64,000 nt of DNA, taken from positions 35,774,001 through 35,838,000 of the forward strand of contig OX597828.1 of assembly GCA_951406725.2 (NCBI GenBank). Direction: 5' to 3'. Each line of letters begins with the position of its first letter. Within the stretch, counting starts at the first letter, position 1. This DNA is from Octopus vulgaris. Lineage: Eukaryota. The notes beneath the pieces were generated by a model that made no database searches, was not told the origin of the DNA, and worked only from the letters and a program-made list of their open reading frames with translations. The position numbers and the translations under genes were made by a program. This document shows, one piece after another, positions 50,236 to 64,000 of this stretch.

Positions 50236-52080
50236 AAATACATATTATTATTATAATTATTATCATCATCATCATCATCATCATCATTATCATTATTATT
50301 ATTATTATTAATGAGGCAACGAGCAGGCAGAATTGTTAGCACATCGGGCAAAATGCTTAGTGGCATTTTATCCATCTTTACATTCAAATTCCTCCAAGGT
50401 CAATGTTGCCTTTCATCTTTATGGGGTCAATAAAATAAGTATCGATCAAGTACTATGGTTGATATAACTGCCTAGCCTGCCTCCCCCAAAATTTCAAGCC
50501 TTGTACCTTTAGTAGAAGGGAATTATTTTCTCCTCCTCCTCTGCAATATTAAATACAATTTTGGGAAATACTAGAAGGTAGAAATATAGGTGTGGTTCAG
50601 AACTGTGACATGTCACCTTGTCTTGACGTCATGTGATGGTTGCAAACGAGCATCATTGTCATAAAAACAATGGTGTTTGTTTCTAGGCGTCTGTGAGAAT
50701 CCTGCTTGGAAACGGGCAAGGATTGGCAACAGGAAGGACACCTGGCTTCAGAAAATCTCCTTCAAAGAAATTCTGTCTGACACATGCAAGCATGGAAAAG
50801 TAGATGGTAAGTTATGATGATGATGATGATGATGATATTTTGGTGCCAATTTGAAATAAAATTTGCCTTGTACAGTCACTTCTATTCAACTTACACCCAC
50901 ATACGAGTGGTGAATTAAGCCCTATTATATTATTCTATATTACAATTGGGGAACAGCAACTTGATTGGGTAGGAGGTTCCCAGCTGACCTATCAAATATT
51001 CACTACACTCCCAATGGCCAGAGTAACAAGGAAGTGTCTGTGTAACACTATATCTTCATAGATGTTATTCTTAAAGCACGAGATTTTTTAGTTTCTCACC
51101 AGTGTTTCTATATCCTGCTGGCATAAAATCACACACAAACCCACACACACTATTATCATCATTGTTCTAATGTCTACTTCCCCATGTTTGCAATGGCTCG
51201 TGTGGAATTCGTTAAGACAGAATTTCTCCACTCTGACGCATTTGTTGTCACCAATCTTTATTTGTTTCCAAGCAAGGTAACATTTCTCCATGACTGGACA
51301 CATTTCCGGTAAAGTTTGGAAATGAGGAACTCTACTATGATATCAAAACAAAGAGCCACATGCATACGCACACACACACACACGCACACACACACACACA
51401 CACACATACGCACACACACAAACACACACATATAAAACCAAAGCCTTGTGAATGAATTCTACCAAATCCACTCACAAGGCTTTGGTCAGCCTGGGGCTAT
51501 AATAGAATGCATATGGCTAAGGTGCCACACAGTAGGACTGAACCTGAAACTATTCTATATCTGTGCCTAATTAATACATATAAATTAACAAATAATGAAT
51601 TAGTACATATAACGATGATGATGATGATGATGATGAAATTGACATTAAGTTTTGTAGTTGTGTTAACTGCAACACTTTGGTGATTTTATTTTATCGTGGA
51701 ATATTTAGGGCATGTGTCTTCTAGCATAACAATAATGGCCCTTGGGCATATTCACAGTTATGTACATTCATATACACACACACATAAGATCAGTGAAAAA
51801 GAGAACACCTATGCTGAACTATTGAGAAATTTGCAGTTATTCTATCTACATCATAAGTTCAGGTTTATACCTGTAATTACTAGGGCCTTGGGATATGTAA
51901 CACACTGCCGAAACACTAGGCTTGAAAAACTAGGCTTCTCAAAACCAGAAAGGAGAAAGCTAATTTGAAGACTACAGATCCAATCCATCACTGGAACTGT
52001 AAAAATCTATAAAACTTTCCAGAAGTTTATCCTTTAAATATATATGAGCATGTCTAGATATGCAACTATATGCATGAGAA

Positions 52081-52388
52081 TACATACATACATACATACA
52101 TACATACACACATACATACATACATACATACATACATACATACATACATACATTCATTCATTCATACATATATACATACATACATACATACATACATACA
52201 TTCATTCATTCATTCATTCATTCATTCATACATATATACATACATACATACATACATATATACATTCATTCATTCATTCATTCATACATATATACATACA
52301 TACATACATACATACATACATACATACATACATACATACATACATACATACATACATACATACATACATACATACATACATACATACA
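52081..52388. repeat. Compound (TACA)n/(TTCA)n microsatellite
   Basis: Read directly. Confidence 0.95.
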
Positions 52389-52519
52389 AGCAAACAAAAA
52401 CACCTTGTTGTTGATGTTGAATTTCCAATGAAGGAGCCTTGGATCTAGGTTAGAAACCGGTTCTATCTCTACTGGCAAGAAATCTTGAAATAAACTGAAT
52501 AATGACATACATACATGTA

Positions 52520-52738
52520 TATGAGGGAATGCTGTAAAGTTCTAGGCTTTGGGTAAAATAAAATGAAGGAGGATCAGTTAATTATGGTTTTATACAACAT
52601 ATTCCACTTTTGATTCACATGCTTATTGCAGTAGTCCTTCAGTTTTACTAAGCCCTATTAAAGAACTCAAAAGGTTGGACCACTAACCAGGGCTTTTACA
52701 ATACCCTTAAAGCTAGGAACTTTTTAGCGCCCTTCATG
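52520..52738. mobile_element. Mariner-derived MITE
   Basis: tatgagggaatgctgtaaagttctaggcttt / aaagctaggaactttttagcgcccttcatg; paralog of 40809-41013. Confidence 0.8.
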
Positions 52739-52740
52739 TG

Positions 52741-52771
<31 letters not shown>

Positions 52772-52840
52772 GCATATATATATATCATACAGATACATAT
52801 ATATACATATATAGACACACATACACATATACATACATAC

Positions 52841-52924
<84 letters not shown>

Positions 52925-52943
52925 ATACATACATATATAAATT

Positions 52944-52986
<43 letters not shown>

Positions 52987-55217
52987 TCATCATCGTTTAA
53001 CATGTTTTCCATGCTGGCATGGGTTGGACGGTTTGACTGGGGTTTGGGAAACCAAGAGGCTGCACCAGGCCCCAATCTGATCTGGCAGTGTTTCTACAGC
53101 TGGGTGCCCTACCTGATGCCAACCACTCCGAGAGTGTAGCGGGTGCTTTTTATATGCCACCGGCACTGGGGCCAGAGGAGATGGCATTGACCACGATCAA
53201 ATGGTGTATGTATGTGAATATATATACACACATACATAAGTACACAACACACACAGAATGTATATCTACACACACAGGTATAACAGAGGTGGGAAAGGAG
53301 AAGATGGGTGTAGAAAAGAAAAGCAAATATAAAAACAAATGGAGGAAAGTTGAAAGAGGAAAGAGCAAAGAAATTCCAAAGCTAAGCAGATGCTTTTCTA
53401 AGTGTCAACATTTCCCAAATATCTCTGCTGTCCTGAGAAATCACTCAAGCTGGATTTGTAATCAAGATACTTAAAAATTTTGCATCAATTTGGTATCAAA
53501 ATTAATGCTCACTAAAAGTTTATAGCTTAAAGACCAAAAAGATATTTAGGCCCTCAACATTGGCAATATGGTGACAAAATAATGACAGTGGCAACAGTTG
53601 TAGCAGTGGAGGTAGTTGCATAAGGATGTTAGTGGTAATTGTGGTTGGGATAAAGATTTCGATAAAGAGGTGGGGGTGAAAAATTTTCATGATATTGGTG
53701 ATGATGGTGATAGTAAAGGTGTTTATTCCTGAAGGTAGGTTTCAGAGGTAAACTTTGATTGGACATGCGATCAAAGGCATTTCAGTCAGGAACATCCCTA
53801 ATTTTTTTTCAGGTTTTAGTACGTCTGGGACTGCATTATGTAATGTACCCTTACATTTTTAAAGAGCGGGGGTTGGGTTTGTCTCCTATTTCCAGTTGAT
53901 CAACCAACCATGTAAAGACTCCCTAGGTGGATAGTAGTAGCAGTAGTGGTGGCGGTGGTAGTATTAGTAGTAGTAGTATTAGTAGTAGTAGTAGTAGTAG
54001 TAGAACACTAGTTGTAGGAGGAGATCTGTAGGTGGGTGGTAGAAGTTTGATAGTGGTATGGTCGTTATTAGACTAAGCTACTAAATGTACTGTAGCAGAC
54101 ACATGGTGGTAGTGGGGGTGATTGATAGACGGAGTTAGTGTTGTTTTATTTTTATTCATGTTGTTCTTGTTGTCTTCACTGTTACCATAATTGTTATTGT
54201 TGGTAGGAGATATTTACTTCGTCCTTTTGTGTGCAATATTTGTATCTTATCTAATTCCCAATCTAAAAAAAAATGCATTCCACCCAGAGAGACAGAAAGA
54301 GAGTGAGACACAGAGAGAGAGAGACACACACACAGAGACACAAAGAGAGAGAGAGACAGACTGTGTATGTGTGTCTGTACATATGCGTGTGTGTATGTGC
54401 GTGTGTATGCATGACTGTTCATGTGTTTTTATGTACACACACACACACACACACACATCTTCAATAAAGTTTGTCCATTGGTACAATGAAGGCACGTAGG
54501 CAATATCTAACTTAATTAAACTACTTAGCTAATGAGTATGAAATTGACAATGGAAAGCACAGAGACCTCCATTACTCTGTTTAAAGTTGGGTGTTATAAT
54601 TAGTCTGGGTTAAGTCCTAGATCGGTGGGGTTCCTTAATTAATCCTTAACGGTTGCCCCCTTTGATTGGAATGTCTTATTTCATACATTTTCTATATTTA
54701 TGTTTACTATGCTTGTTTTTTTCTTCTTTTTTTCGCATTCTTTTTTTATATATTCATATATAAAAGTCCCCGTTACTTAGTGGTTCGGCAAAAAAAGACC
54801 AATAAAATAAGTACTGGGCTTACAAAAGAATAAGTCCCAGGGTCGAGTTGCTCAATTAAAGGTGGTGCTCCAGCATGGCCGCAGTCAAATGACTGAAACA
54901 AGTAAAAGAGTAAAAGAGTAAAAGAGTAAAAGAGAGTATATAATGATTTCAATATAAAACTCACTAGTTTTGTAAACCCTTCATGTAATGTCCTCTTCAT
55001 TCATCACCCTTGTGGCAAATAAAAGAAATCAACTTCATTTTACATACATTTTCCATTTTGGCATGGGCTTATCAGAGAGACTACCCTCCTTGGAACATGT
55101 TGCTCATATCTCCCATTTTTGGCATGGTTTCTCAGGCTAAATGCCCTTTCTCTCATTAATATCCTTCTTCTATTGATGTGGTTGTTACTACTACTACTAC
55201 TACTACTATTATTTTCA

Positions 55218-55762
55218 TTGGGTGAGAGAGCAGTGCATGCCATCAAAGTGACATGGGGTACAAATATATGAATCCCAATATACCCGTCATGACTACCCGT
55301 CTGATAAAGGTACACCAGTTACATGCATCACAACCATATTTGCGCGACATGGTGATCTCATATCAAGATAAACAGCGCATGACCTTGCAGGTGGGGGCCA
55401 AGTTAGAATTTTCTTCAGGTCTAGTAGCCCATCCCGCTCAAAAAGTCCCTGAATGTTGAATGAAACACCCAGGTTTCCAAAGGTGAATTATCCAAACCCC
55501 AAAGAATCCCTCTCAACACATGGCTATGGTGCTCCCCTACTACTTCTGCTCATGATCAGAGATGCACATATCATCAGCAATTAAGGGACATGCTCAACTG
55601 GTTATGGTCAAACAACTGACAATCAAATCTGTGATATTGAGCAGAATATTTGCTGTAGCCCATCTTTTATACCAAATCAAAACAATGTTACATGATAACA
55701 CTTCCAATCAGTTAAGATCAGAAGCCATGAGAGCCACTGCCTGGTACTGCATCAGGGCATTT
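55218..55762 (-). mobile_element. ~550-bp non-coding interspersed element associated with (TAA)n; second copy at 63290-63787 (+)
   Basis: The two copies are reverse complements over nearly their full length with coincident ends. Confidence 0.8.
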
Positions 55763-56044
55763 ATCATTATTATTATTATTATTATTAAAGCAATGAACTG
55801 GCAAAATCATTTGCATGTTGGACCAAATGCTTGGCAGAATTTCTTCCAGGCCTTCATATTCTGAATTCAAATTTCGCTGGGGTCAACTTTGACTTTCTTC
55901 CTTTCGGTATCAATAAAATAAGTACCAATTGAGCACTGGGGTTAATATGTACTCAACTAGTCCCCTTCACCCCTCCAAAATTTCAGCCCTTTTGGCTATA
56001 TTAGAGAGAATTATTATTATTATTATTTTGGTTTGGCTCAGGTT

Positions 56045-56280
56045 CAGTCTCATTACTGGTAGGATTTGTGTAGGTAGCTGGTTACTACCTGTAACGTTAG
56101 GTGCTCACAAGCTTCCAATACCCTTTCAAGTGCTTAGAACCTTCTAGATAATTTTTCCTGTCCCAAAGAGGAAAGTTTTCTATTGAAGTTCTACAGAACA
56201 CTCTATTCCAATCTCCTTCAACCGTTTGTCTACATCTTACAATTTCCAATGCACCAATTAATATAGGCACAACCTTTACA

Positions 56281-56342
<62 letters not shown>

Positions 56343-56521
56343 CATCATCATCATTATTATTACTATTATTATCATTGCCTTTGCACAGCTTCTAACACTG
56401 GAGATGTACTACAGTGTCAGCTGTCCCCTGCCAATGAACTTTCGGAGTATTCAAGCGGTTCCAAGCAGTGCTGTTTTCTGCAAGTGCTCCACCCTTATTG
56501 TAGCCCCTATTTGTTCCATGT
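56045..56521 (-). mobile_element. Two R4/Dong-like LINE 3' ends (REL C-terminus) separated by (TAA)n
   Basis: Minus strand VKVVPILIGALEIV...IGIECSVELQ (56045-56280) and MEQIGATIRVEHLQKTALLGTA*ILRK with a taataa tail (56376-56521). Confidence 0.7.
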
Positions 56522-56523
56522 AC

Positions 56524-56582
<59 letters not shown>

Positions 56583-58372
56583 CATACATATACACATATA
56601 TATATGTACATAAACTCCCAATCCACTGATATTTGAAACAGGGACAAGACTCAAAAATTTTCAGTAGATAACTGGTATCTTATTTTATAAACTCTAGCAA
56701 AACTACAAGCTTTAAGGAATGAAACTAACTGCCACAAAGCATTTTGCCTATGAATTATTTTCAACATTTAAAAAAAAAATGTAGAATTCACAGTATCATC
56801 AAAGGCAACATCTTAGCTTTGAAACCTTAGAGACTGATAATATTGAGTCAATAATAGTAATTTAGATTATCCGTGTTGTTTGTGTTTGTAATAACCATTC
56901 TCTTTGCTGTTTCAATCTTTAATTTGATTTATATGTTGTTACAAGATTGCAGATTGAAACAGAGACAGAACTAAGATGCTAAAAAGAGGAGGGTGATGTT
57001 TGGTCTCCTTAAACTGGATTTTAGGACCTCAAAAGTATGCTGTATCAGCGAAATCAACTTTATTGTTCTTATGGACAACTCCATCTGAGTTTCTGGTCAA
57101 CAACAACTCTTATATCCGTAAAGATACTCAGTGTTATAAAAGAAGGAATAAAATATGATTATTTAATTTCAATGTAACAGTTTTAGATTATTTCATTTGT
57201 CCTATGAACTAGAGTTGGTGATTGAACCCAGATCCATGTAATTAGAAGGCAAACTTCTTAACCACTCAGCCATGTCTATTGTCACCATCATCTTTACATA
57301 AATAATTTTTTTTTTCCATGTTTGCATGGGGCATCATGTTGACTGTTACCAAACTTTGTCATCTTCATGAGGCACAACCTATTCAGAAATAGTTTTCCCC
57401 CACTTCTTCTTCTGCAGGATTCTTTCACTTGGAACACTTGGAACATCAATGTTAAAAGCTGATGATGATGATGATAAAGACAATGAATAATGATGATCAT
57501 CATCATCATTTATATCAGAGTGAGAGAGGGGGAGAAAAAGAGAGAGAGAGAGATTGAAAGACTTAACAGTACTACAAAATATATATATAGAAAATTATAT
57601 TTATTTGGAAGAAACTGAAGATTCATTCCACTGATACTCAGAGTTTTTCTCTTGACATGTTCTTGATCAGGTGACAAAAAGACTTACAAACTTTGAAAGC
57701 ATAACAAAAAAAAAAAAATTTTAAAAAAAAGGAAGTAGGAGGGAGTAAGAGAGTGACAGGAGGAGATAGTTGAGACTTGAGATCCTTATCTTCTGATTAA
57801 TAATACTAAAATATATTTCTACCTATTGTTAACTGGTTCTTTGTTAATCAATTCTCAACCAGGTTGGTTGCTTTTTCATTATTTGTAACCTCAAACAACC
57901 TACCCTGGGTGTTTTGTTACCCAGAAACTCTACCTGCTCCACCAGCCATGATTCAAATCTGTTCAATATTATCAGCTCGCTACAGTCTACTTAGCTAGTT
58001 TGTTATTTGAAATATTTCTTTCCTCAGACCAACTTTACATAAGTCTTTCTCTCTTTTTTTTTATTATTTTATTACTTTTATTTATTTTTTATCATGTAAT
58101 GCATTCTTTATCTTTAGTTAGTGACGTGAAAAACTATAGAACGGGTGGTTTAGTCAGTAAACTAGTGGTTAAGTGAGTAAGCTTACAGTTAGGATGAGTA
58201 AAAAACCTAGGTTTTTATGTTTTCTTTTTATTGTATACATAAGTACCAGGCTGAAAAAAAAAAAAAAATAAGTTCAGGGGTTAATTCGTTCAACTAGAAA
58301 TTCTTCAAGGTGGTGCCCCAGCATGGCCATAGTCTAATGGCTGAAACAAGTGAACAACAAAAGAAATATATA

Positions 58373-58765
58373 GCTGTAGCTTGCTTACCAACCACATGGT
58401 ACCGGGTTCAGTCCCACTGTGTGGCACCTTGGGCAAGTGTCTTCTACTGTAGCCTCGGGCCGACCAAAGCCTTGTGAGTGGATTTGGTAGACGGAAACTG
58501 AAAGAAGCCCGTCGTATATATGTATATGTATGTATATATATATGTGTGTGTGCGTTTGTGTGTTTGTGTTTGTCCCCCCAATATCACTTGATAACCGATG
58601 CTGGTGTGTTTACATCCCCGTAACTTAGCAGTTTGGCAAAAGAGACTGACAGAATAAGTACTAGGCTTACAAAGAATAAGTCCTGGAGTCGATTTGCTCG
58701 ACTAAAGGCGGTGCTCCAGCATGGCCACAGTCAAATGACTGAAACAAGTAAAAGAGTAAAAGAGA
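58373..58765 (+). mobile_element. SINE family A, near consensus
   Basis: Family A consensus with CpGs retained. Confidence 0.9.
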
Positions 58766-58837
58766 GCTACCATTAATGTACATAATTGAAAAAATTGGAG
58801 TCAACAAGAAGGAGTATGGTTGGACATTTATTTTTTA

Positions 58838-58943
58838 ATCACTACAATTGTTTCCCCACAACATTGTTCTCCAGGCATATAGCTACTTGATTATGCAACT
58901 GTTTCCCTACATTATGAGATCTAGTTGTGCTTCCTCAGGCAAT
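58838..58943 (-). ncRNA. Minimal type I hammerhead motif with long stem II
   Basis: attgc-CTGAGGA-ag-cacaac...gttgtg-gg-GAA-ACAATTGT-A-gtgat. Confidence 0.65.
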
Positions 58944-59151
58944 ATGTAAATATTGTCTCTGTAAGTTCAAAATCGTTGGCCTCAAGAACATCCTCTCTGT
59001 CTGTCAAGGCCTGGATTTAGTAGTAGTCACTGAGCTTATCAGGGTGTGTTGTTGCTCTACATGATAGCACTGGGTAAACCTGAAGGTGGACAAGCTTTGT
59101 ACAGTACTCTACTACATTCTTAACAGAATATACCATAACTATATATGTGTG

Positions 59152-59182
<31 letters not shown>

Positions 59183-59717
59183 GGCACGTAAAAAGCACCC
59201 ACTACACTCACGGAGTGGTTGGCGTTAGGAAGGGCATCCAGCCTGTAGAAACACTGCCAGATTTTGACTGGGCCTGATGAAGCCTTCTGGCTTCACAGAC
59301 CCCAGTAGAACCGTCCAACTCATGCTAGCATGGAAAACGGACACTAAACGACGATGATGATGATGATATATATGAAAACTTACTTGGAGGAAAAGAAACG
59401 AAACGAGTCGAATCGACGCGAGGGCGCTCAGTCATACAATAGTGTAATAAATAAAATATATGCATACATACATATATGTACGTACCTACATCTACATGTA
59501 TATAGACATGCATATATAAATATATATACGTGAGTACAGGACACAACAAATAGACATAGAACTCAACGAGAAACGAAAACGTAAAAACAAACATGGAAAC
59601 GGACCTTTTTAACAATGAAAAAACAGAGTACAAGACAAACTACACAAGGAAAATTCCCCTTCATCAGCTGTCCCTAGTTCAACTCCAGCGTGTTTCGAAG
59701 GTGAGGACACAACACGA

Positions 59718-59759
<42 letters not shown>

Positions 59760-60118
59760 TCCAGCATTCACTGTTTACCCTCGTTCTGGTCTAACAACTC
59801 TCCATATTTGTTTTCTTTCGGTTTCCTTGTATGTCTCCACTGTCCTATTTTTTCCCAACTTTGACCCTCCATAAAATCCAAAATTTATTTTGGCAGTTAT
59901 GGGAGCAACTGTCTTCGAAGACTCATATTGTCATTGAATGCTCGATATGAGGAGCAGATAGACAGCCGACGACTGATGCAGGGTCATTCTTTGTGTTACT
60001 TGTCCTCTTTTCAATTTTTTTTTCTCTCGTTGTTTGAGTATTTAACTCGCTTGTTTTCATATTTCATGTTGTTTACTGTTGGTGACGACCTTTACCCATA
60101 TATGCATATATATATGAG

Positions 60119-60147
<29 letters not shown>

Positions 60148-60150
<3 letters not shown>

Positions 60151-60335
60151 GGTCCCGGGTTGATTCGGGGTTAACCACAGTAAATAAGGTACTCAATACA
60201 TAGCAGAGTAAAATTAATTTATTATATAGAAGGAGCTTCTACAGGACTAGAACTGTTTCATTCAAGAGAAATCATCATCCTGATGATTTCTCTTGAATGA
60301 AACAGTTCTAGTCCTGTAGAAGCTCCTTCTATATA

Positions 60336-60341
<6 letters not shown>
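60148..60341. mobile_element. (TA)n-flanked hammerhead-family element with a perfect palindrome (61-bp arms, 60217-60341)
   Basis: Loop tcc at 60278-60280; right arm CTGATGA-tttctcttgaat-GAA-ACAG(ttctagtc)CTGT-A-gaagctcc. Confidence 0.8.
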
Positions 60342-60378
<37 letters not shown>

Positions 60379-60394
60379 TATATATATATATATA

Positions 60395-61750
60395 GGTAGG
60401 CTAACTGGGAAGATAGTTTTTGTATGTGGCAAATGCTCGGGAGCATTAACCTCCGAAAATCTGCAGAAAACAACTTCTGTCACTTTCCAGGGGGAAAAAC
60501 TAGAAGTAGTTGATAGCTTCCGTTATCTAGGTGACCAAGTCAGTAGTGGGGGTGGGTGCGCTGAAAGTGTAACTGCTAGAATAAGAATAGCCTGGGCAAA
60601 GTTTAGGGAGCTCTTACCTCTGCTGGTGACTAAAGGCCTCTCGCTCAGAGTAAAAGGCAGACTGTATGATGCGTGTGTACGAACAGCCATGCTACATGGC
60701 AGCGAAACATGGGCCGTGACTGCTGAGGACATGCGTAAGCTCGTGAGGAATGAAGCCAGTATGCTCCGATGGATGTGTAATGTCAGTGTACATACTCGAC
60801 AGAGCGTTAGCACCTTGAGAGAAATGTTGTACCTAAGAAGCATCAGTTGTGGTGTGCAAGAGAGACGATTGCGCTGGTATGGTCATGTGGCGAGAATGGA
60901 TGAAGATAGGTGTGTGAGAAAGTGCCAATCCCTAGCAGTTGAGGGAACCCGTGGAAGAGGTAGACCCAGGAAAACCTGGGACGAGGTGGTGAAGCACGAC
61001 CTTCGAACTTTAGGCCTCACTGAGGAAATGACCAGAGACCAAGACCTTTGGAAATATTCTGTACGTGAGAAGACCAGGCAGGACAAGTGAGCCCAGCCCA
61101 CTTATGAATGCCTTTCCTCCCTTGGACACAAAGACCGGTTGAGGCAAGCGAAGTCGATATAGAACCTCATCCGACGACAGACACCCATGCCAACCCCCCA
61201 TGCTTGCGAAGACATGTTGGGGCAAGCGAAATCGAAATCGAAACCGAATTGAACCAGCCAGGATCCCTGGCCTGGTGGTACGTAAAAAGCACTATCCGAC
61301 TCGTGGCCGTGGCACGTAAAATACTCCAATGCGACCGTACGACAGGCACCCATGCCAACCCCCTTTGCTTGTGAAGACATGTTGGGGCAAGCGAAATCGA
61401 AATCGAATTGAACCAGCCAGGATCCCTGGTCTGGTGGTACGTAAAAAGCACTATCCGACTCGTGGCCGATGCCAGCACCACCTCGACTGGCTTCCGTGCC
61501 GGTGGCACATAAAATACACCAATCTGACCGTGGCCGTTGCCAGCCCCGCCTGGCACCTGTGCAGGTGGCACATAAAAAGCACCCACTACACTCACGGAGT
61601 GGTTGGCGTTAGGAAGGGCATCCAGCTGTAGAAACATTGCCAGATTAGACTGGAGCCTGGTGCAGCCTTCTGGCTTCCCAGAACCCCGGTCGAACCGTCC
61701 AACCCATGCTAGCATGGAGAACGGACGTTAAACGACGATGATGATGATGA
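60395..61750 (+). mobile_element. 5'-truncated RTE-clade LINE: open ORF C-terminus (to 61090), 3' UTR with internal duplication, (GAT)n tail
   Basis: LEVVDSFRYLGD...ARIRIAWAKFREL...KGRLYDACVRTAMLHGSETW...RRLRWYGHVARM...GTRGRGRPRKTW; no stops over ~230 codons; (TA)n on both flanks. Confidence 0.93.
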
Positions 61751-61765
61751 TATATATATATATGC

Positions 61766-61848
<83 letters not shown>

Positions 61849-61868
61849 TATATATATATTATTTATAG

Positions 61869-61902
<34 letters not shown>

Positions 61903-62345
61903 TATATTGCTCCTGATTCAGTTTCCATTTGGTGTTGATATTTTCATTTTACTTCACATTCATTCATATCATTAATTAAAAAAAGTAATTAATGAAAAAC
62001 AAAAATTGATGCTGATCAGATTTGAAATGTACTCAAAAGAATAAAAATGAAGATTTTCATTTTTTTTTACTTGTGTGTGTGGTGTTTTCTAAATTTCAAA
62101 GATACCGCCAGGGTTTCTTCTGAAAAGTTGGAGCTAATTGCTCATGAATTCAATTATTGAGTGTATGTGTATATATATATATCAAGAGAGAGAGGGGGGG
62201 GGAGGTTCAATCCCCAGGGTGCTCTATCATCAAAACCCCTCTACCCATGTACTAAGATGATATCCAGTTGATGTGTGTATGTGTGTGTGTGTGTGCACAT
62301 GCGTGAGTGTATGTGTGTATTGTGCAAGGGTTCTGTGTTAATAGG

Positions 62346-62500
62346 CATAGGAGCGGTTGTGTGGTAAGTAGCTTGATTACGAACCACATGGTTCTGGATT
62401 CAGTCCCACTGCGTGGTACCTTGGGGAAGTGTATTCTACTATAGTCTCGGGCCGACCAAAGCCTTGCGAGTGGATTTGGTAGACGGAAACTGAAATAAGC
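62346..62500 (+). mobile_element. SINE family A, 5' half
   Basis: Head and CORE-like region only. Confidence 0.85.
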
Positions 62501-63785
62501 ACACACAGACACTACGTCAAGTTGTCTTATAACGATATAAATAATTAGGCAAAATAAGAAGAGATTTGGCATGTGGTTTATTGATCAGGCAGCCATCATT
62601 GGACTAAGCAGTACTGAATATTTTATTAAAGTATGATTGGTTAAATAAAACAAGAAGTAACAAGTAGTCTTACAATGAAAGGAAAGTCACTCAAAGCATA
62701 TCTTGCCCCATTTTTAAGATCTAAGACATATAATTATTTTACATATGAACAATCACAGTTTGCAAATGGACATACTCTGTATAACCATACACAAGCATAT
62801 GCTCTGCAGAATGATATCCAGATAAAATAACATAATTTACTGTTAAAAAAATAGACATCAGACACTTGTAGAACACATCCTACACACCACCTGCAACTCA
62901 CGTAGCTCACATAACTCACATGCCAAAAAAACACACAGGAAGAACAGAAAAGTGCACCTGGTGGCGCAGTAGAAATTTGCATGAAACATTTGAAAACATA
63001 ATAATAGCAACTGTTTCTAATTTGGGCACAAGGCCAGCAATTTTGAGGGAAGAGCATTGGTTAATAGTCAAAATGAATACGTGACTGGTACAAATTCTAT
63101 TGATCTTGGATGGATGAAGGGCAAAGCTGACCTCAGTGGGAATGTGAAATGCTAGAAGAATTAATAATAATCTTTTCTACTCTAGGCACAAGGCCCAAAA
63201 TTTTGGAGGAGAGGACAAGTCGATTAGATCGCCCCCAGTACATAACTGGTACTTAATTTATCAACCCCTGAAAGGATAGTAATAATAATATGCCTAATGC
63301 AGTACCAGGCAGTGGCTCTCATGGCTTCTGATCTTAACTGATTGGAAGTGTTATCATGTATATTGTTTTGTCTTGGTATAAAAGATGGGAAAATATTCTG
63401 CTCAATACCACAGATTTGCGTGTCAGTTATTTGACCATAACCAGTTGAACATGACTGTTAGTGGCTGATCATGAGCAGAAGTAGTGGGGGAGCATCATAG
63501 CCATATGTTGAGAGGAATTCTTTAGGGTTTGAACAATTCACCTCAGGAAACATAGTCATCCCTAAACAAACCTTATTCAAGAACCTTTTGAGTGACTCAA
63601 CCTGAAGAAAATTCCAACTGGGCCCCACCTGTAAGGTCATGCACTGTTTATCTTGATATAAGATTACCATGTCACGCACATGTGGTTGTGATGTATATGC
63701 CTGGTGTACCCTTTTCAGACAGGTATACTGGGATTCGTATAATTGTACCCCAGTGTCAATTTGATGGCATACACTGCTCTCTCAC

Positions 63786-63786
<1 letters not shown>

Positions 63787-63878
<92 letters not shown>

Positions 63879-63890
63879 TTGCTAATAATG

Positions 63891-63924
<34 letters not shown>

Positions 63925-63958
63925 TAATAATAATAATAATAATAATGATGATGATAAT
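63787..63958. repeat. (TAA)n/(TGA)n microsatellite
   Basis: Read directly. Confidence 0.95.
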
Positions 63959-64000
63959 CATTGCTAAATATTTTTAATGTCAGTACAAGTTATAAGCACC

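Noticed and set aside
63290-63350. Possible HDV-like or hammerhead ribozyme at the 5' end of the 550-bp element
   Set aside because: I could not build P1/P1.1/P4 convincingly, and the ctgatgc in the other copy has no matching GAAA.

Overview
AT-rich, repeat-saturated eukaryotic non-coding DNA (intron or intergenic). The SINE repertoire and microsatellite density point to an octopus (coleoid cephalopod) genome; this is inferred, not looked up. No intact host gene is visible, and nearly all ORFs in the supplied track are microsatellite or SINE artefacts. Recognisable content: several tRNA-derived SINE families with swappable heads and tails; 3' remnants of RTE, Tx1/L1-like and R4/Dong-like LINEs; degenerate mariner/Tc1 and piggyBac transposase fragments; hAT, mariner and piggyBac MITEs, one with a perfect 8-bp TSD; and many microsatellites. 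The most striking signal is a dense set of minimal type I hammerhead-ribozyme folds (CUGANGA...GAAA...NUH, usually with a short palindromic stem III). They occur at more than ten loci from roughly nine sequence-unrelated short elements, mostly next to (TA)n tracts and often as near-perfect palindromes. This is the architecture of Penelope-like pseudo-LTRs or retrozymes. The set includes a compensatory G3-C8 core variant, recurrent U4C variants and one copy fused to a Pol III-like head. All coordinates and pairings were read by eye, so edges are approximate.
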